Position numbers and translations under genes: made by a program. Of a stretch of DNA of 24,000 nucleotides, positions 21,547-24,000 are shown one piece after another. Position 1 is the first letter of the stretch; each line of letters starts with the position of its first letter. Origin of the DNA: an uncultured beta proteobacterium (GTDB lineage: Bacteria > Pseudomonadota > Gammaproteobacteria > Burkholderiales > Burkholderiaceae_C); the NCBI GenBank assembly GCA_963751775.1, contig CAVVVW010000014.1:1-24000 (forward strand), written 5' to 3'. The notes below the pieces were generated by a model. That model searched no databases, was not told the DNA's origin, and worked only from the letters and a program-made list of their open reading frames with translations.

Positions 21547-22140
21547 TCATAGCGTTACCCGCACCGCGCTGCGTTCGGCCTCGTTGGCCGTGGCCTCGAG
21601 CATCGCCGCCGGCTTGAAGCCGAACACGCCGGCGACGACGTTGGTCGGCGCCTGCTGCGCGGCGTTGTTGTATTCGAGCACGCTGTCGTTGAAGGCCTGG
21701 CGCGCGAAGGCGATGCGGTTCTCGGTGTGGCCGAGTTCCTCGCTCAGCTCGCGCAGCGTGGCGTCGGCCTTCAGCTCGGGGTAGGCCTCGACGACCACCG
21801 CCAGCTGCTTCATCAGGCCGGCCAGGTTGCCCTCGGCGCTGTGCAGCGCGCCGATGCGCGCGGCGTCGGCCGGCTTGGCCCGCGCCGCATCGCCGGCGCT
21901 GCTGGCGGTATTGCGCGCGGCGATCACCGCCTCGAGCGTGTCGCGCTCGTGCTGCACGTACTTGCGCGCGACGTCGACCAGATTGGGGATCAGGTCGTAG
22001 CGGCGCTTCATCTGCACGTCGATCTGCGCGAAGGCGTTGCCGATCTCGTTGCGGTGGCGCACCAGGCGGTTGTAGGCCGCCAGCATCCACAGCGCCAAGG
22101 TGACGAGGACGACCCAGGTGACGATCTGCACGGTGCTCAT
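21547..22140 (-). CDS. LemA family protein, 197 aa
   Basis: MSTVQIVTWVVLVTLALWMLAAYNRLVRHRNEIGNAFAQIDVQMKRRYDLIPNLV...VVEAYPELKA...RIAFARQAFNDSVLEYNN is a canonical LemA sequence. The ATG at 22140-22138 was verified. Confidence 0.9.
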   Translation of the reverse strand: MSTVQIVTWVVLVTLALWMLAAYNRLVRHRNEIGNAFAQIDVQMKRRYDLIPNLVDVARKYVQHERDTLEAVIAARNTASSAGDAARAKPADAARIGALHSAEGNLAGLMKQLAVVVEAYPELKADATLRELSEELGHTENRIAFARQAFNDSVLEYNNAAQQAPTNVVAGVFGFKPAAMLEATANEAERSAVRVTL

Positions 22141-22204
22141 GGGGATGGGGCTAGGTTGCGATGGCCCGCAATGTACGACAGCGCGCACCTACAATTCGGT
22201 CACC

Positions 22205-24000
<1,796 letters not shown>

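Noticed and set aside
17660-22204. Shared CCTACAAT motif 10-11 nt upstream of the ATGs of the ABC ATPase gene (17666-17683) and the BolA-like gene (22186-22204), as a possible common promoter or -10 element
   Set aside because: The TACAAT hexamers are plausible -10 boxes, but no acceptable -35 lies at 16-18 nt spacing in either case. Two occurrences are too few to exclude chance, so they were not listed as features.

Overview
High-GC chromosomal segment. The Burkholderiales-like assignment is inferred only from composition and gene content. The window has two distinct parts.

(1) Positions 1 to about 14,550 look like a sedentary chromosomal integron.
- The integron integrase intI lies on the + strand (12814-13855) and carries one 1-nt frameshift. 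An attI-like spacer lies upstream of it (12661-12813).
- Running leftwards to the window edge there are about 21 small, functionally unrelated genes, all on the minus strand: VOC/glyoxalase x4, GFA x2, GNAT x2, YciI, DJ-1/PfpI, cupin, TfoX-N, MAPEG, CZB, DUF2784, a secreted PTP-like phosphatase and several small membrane proteins.
- Several of these genes are followed by attC-like imperfect palindromes. Their stop codon sits inside a GCCTAAC-like R'' box, and a GTTRRRY-like R' box lies 10-35 nt upstream of the next start.
- Two mobile elements interrupt the platform. An IS630-family IS (11554-12660, TA duplication) sits in a CTAG that abuts the attI/first-cassette core GTTAGAG. A ~2.0 kb group II intron (9050-11047; class C inferred from attC targeting, compact size and an RT-maturase ORF with no endonuclease domain evident) sits in the R'' box of the first cassette's attC, antisense to the cassettes. 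This is the group IIC-attC arrangement.
- A higBA toxin-antitoxin pair with a palindromic operator lies immediately 3' of intI.

(2) Positions 14,570-24,000 carry core-like genes: a LysE exporter, a TPR-like protein, a TetR regulator plus EamA transporter, an ABC-2 exporter pair, M48 peptidase plus LemA, BolA-like, murA and the hisG 5' end. REP-like intergenic repeats are interspersed.

At least eleven single-nucleotide frameshifts are visible (10 net insertions, 1 deletion): 4 in the intron RT, 3 in the IS630 transposase, and 1 each in intI, M48, the TPR-like gene and murA. Because murA is essential and the bias is towards insertions, assembly error is at least as likely as genuine decay. No rRNA, tRNA or CRISPR array was recognised. 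All family calls come from reading the translations; no searches were run.
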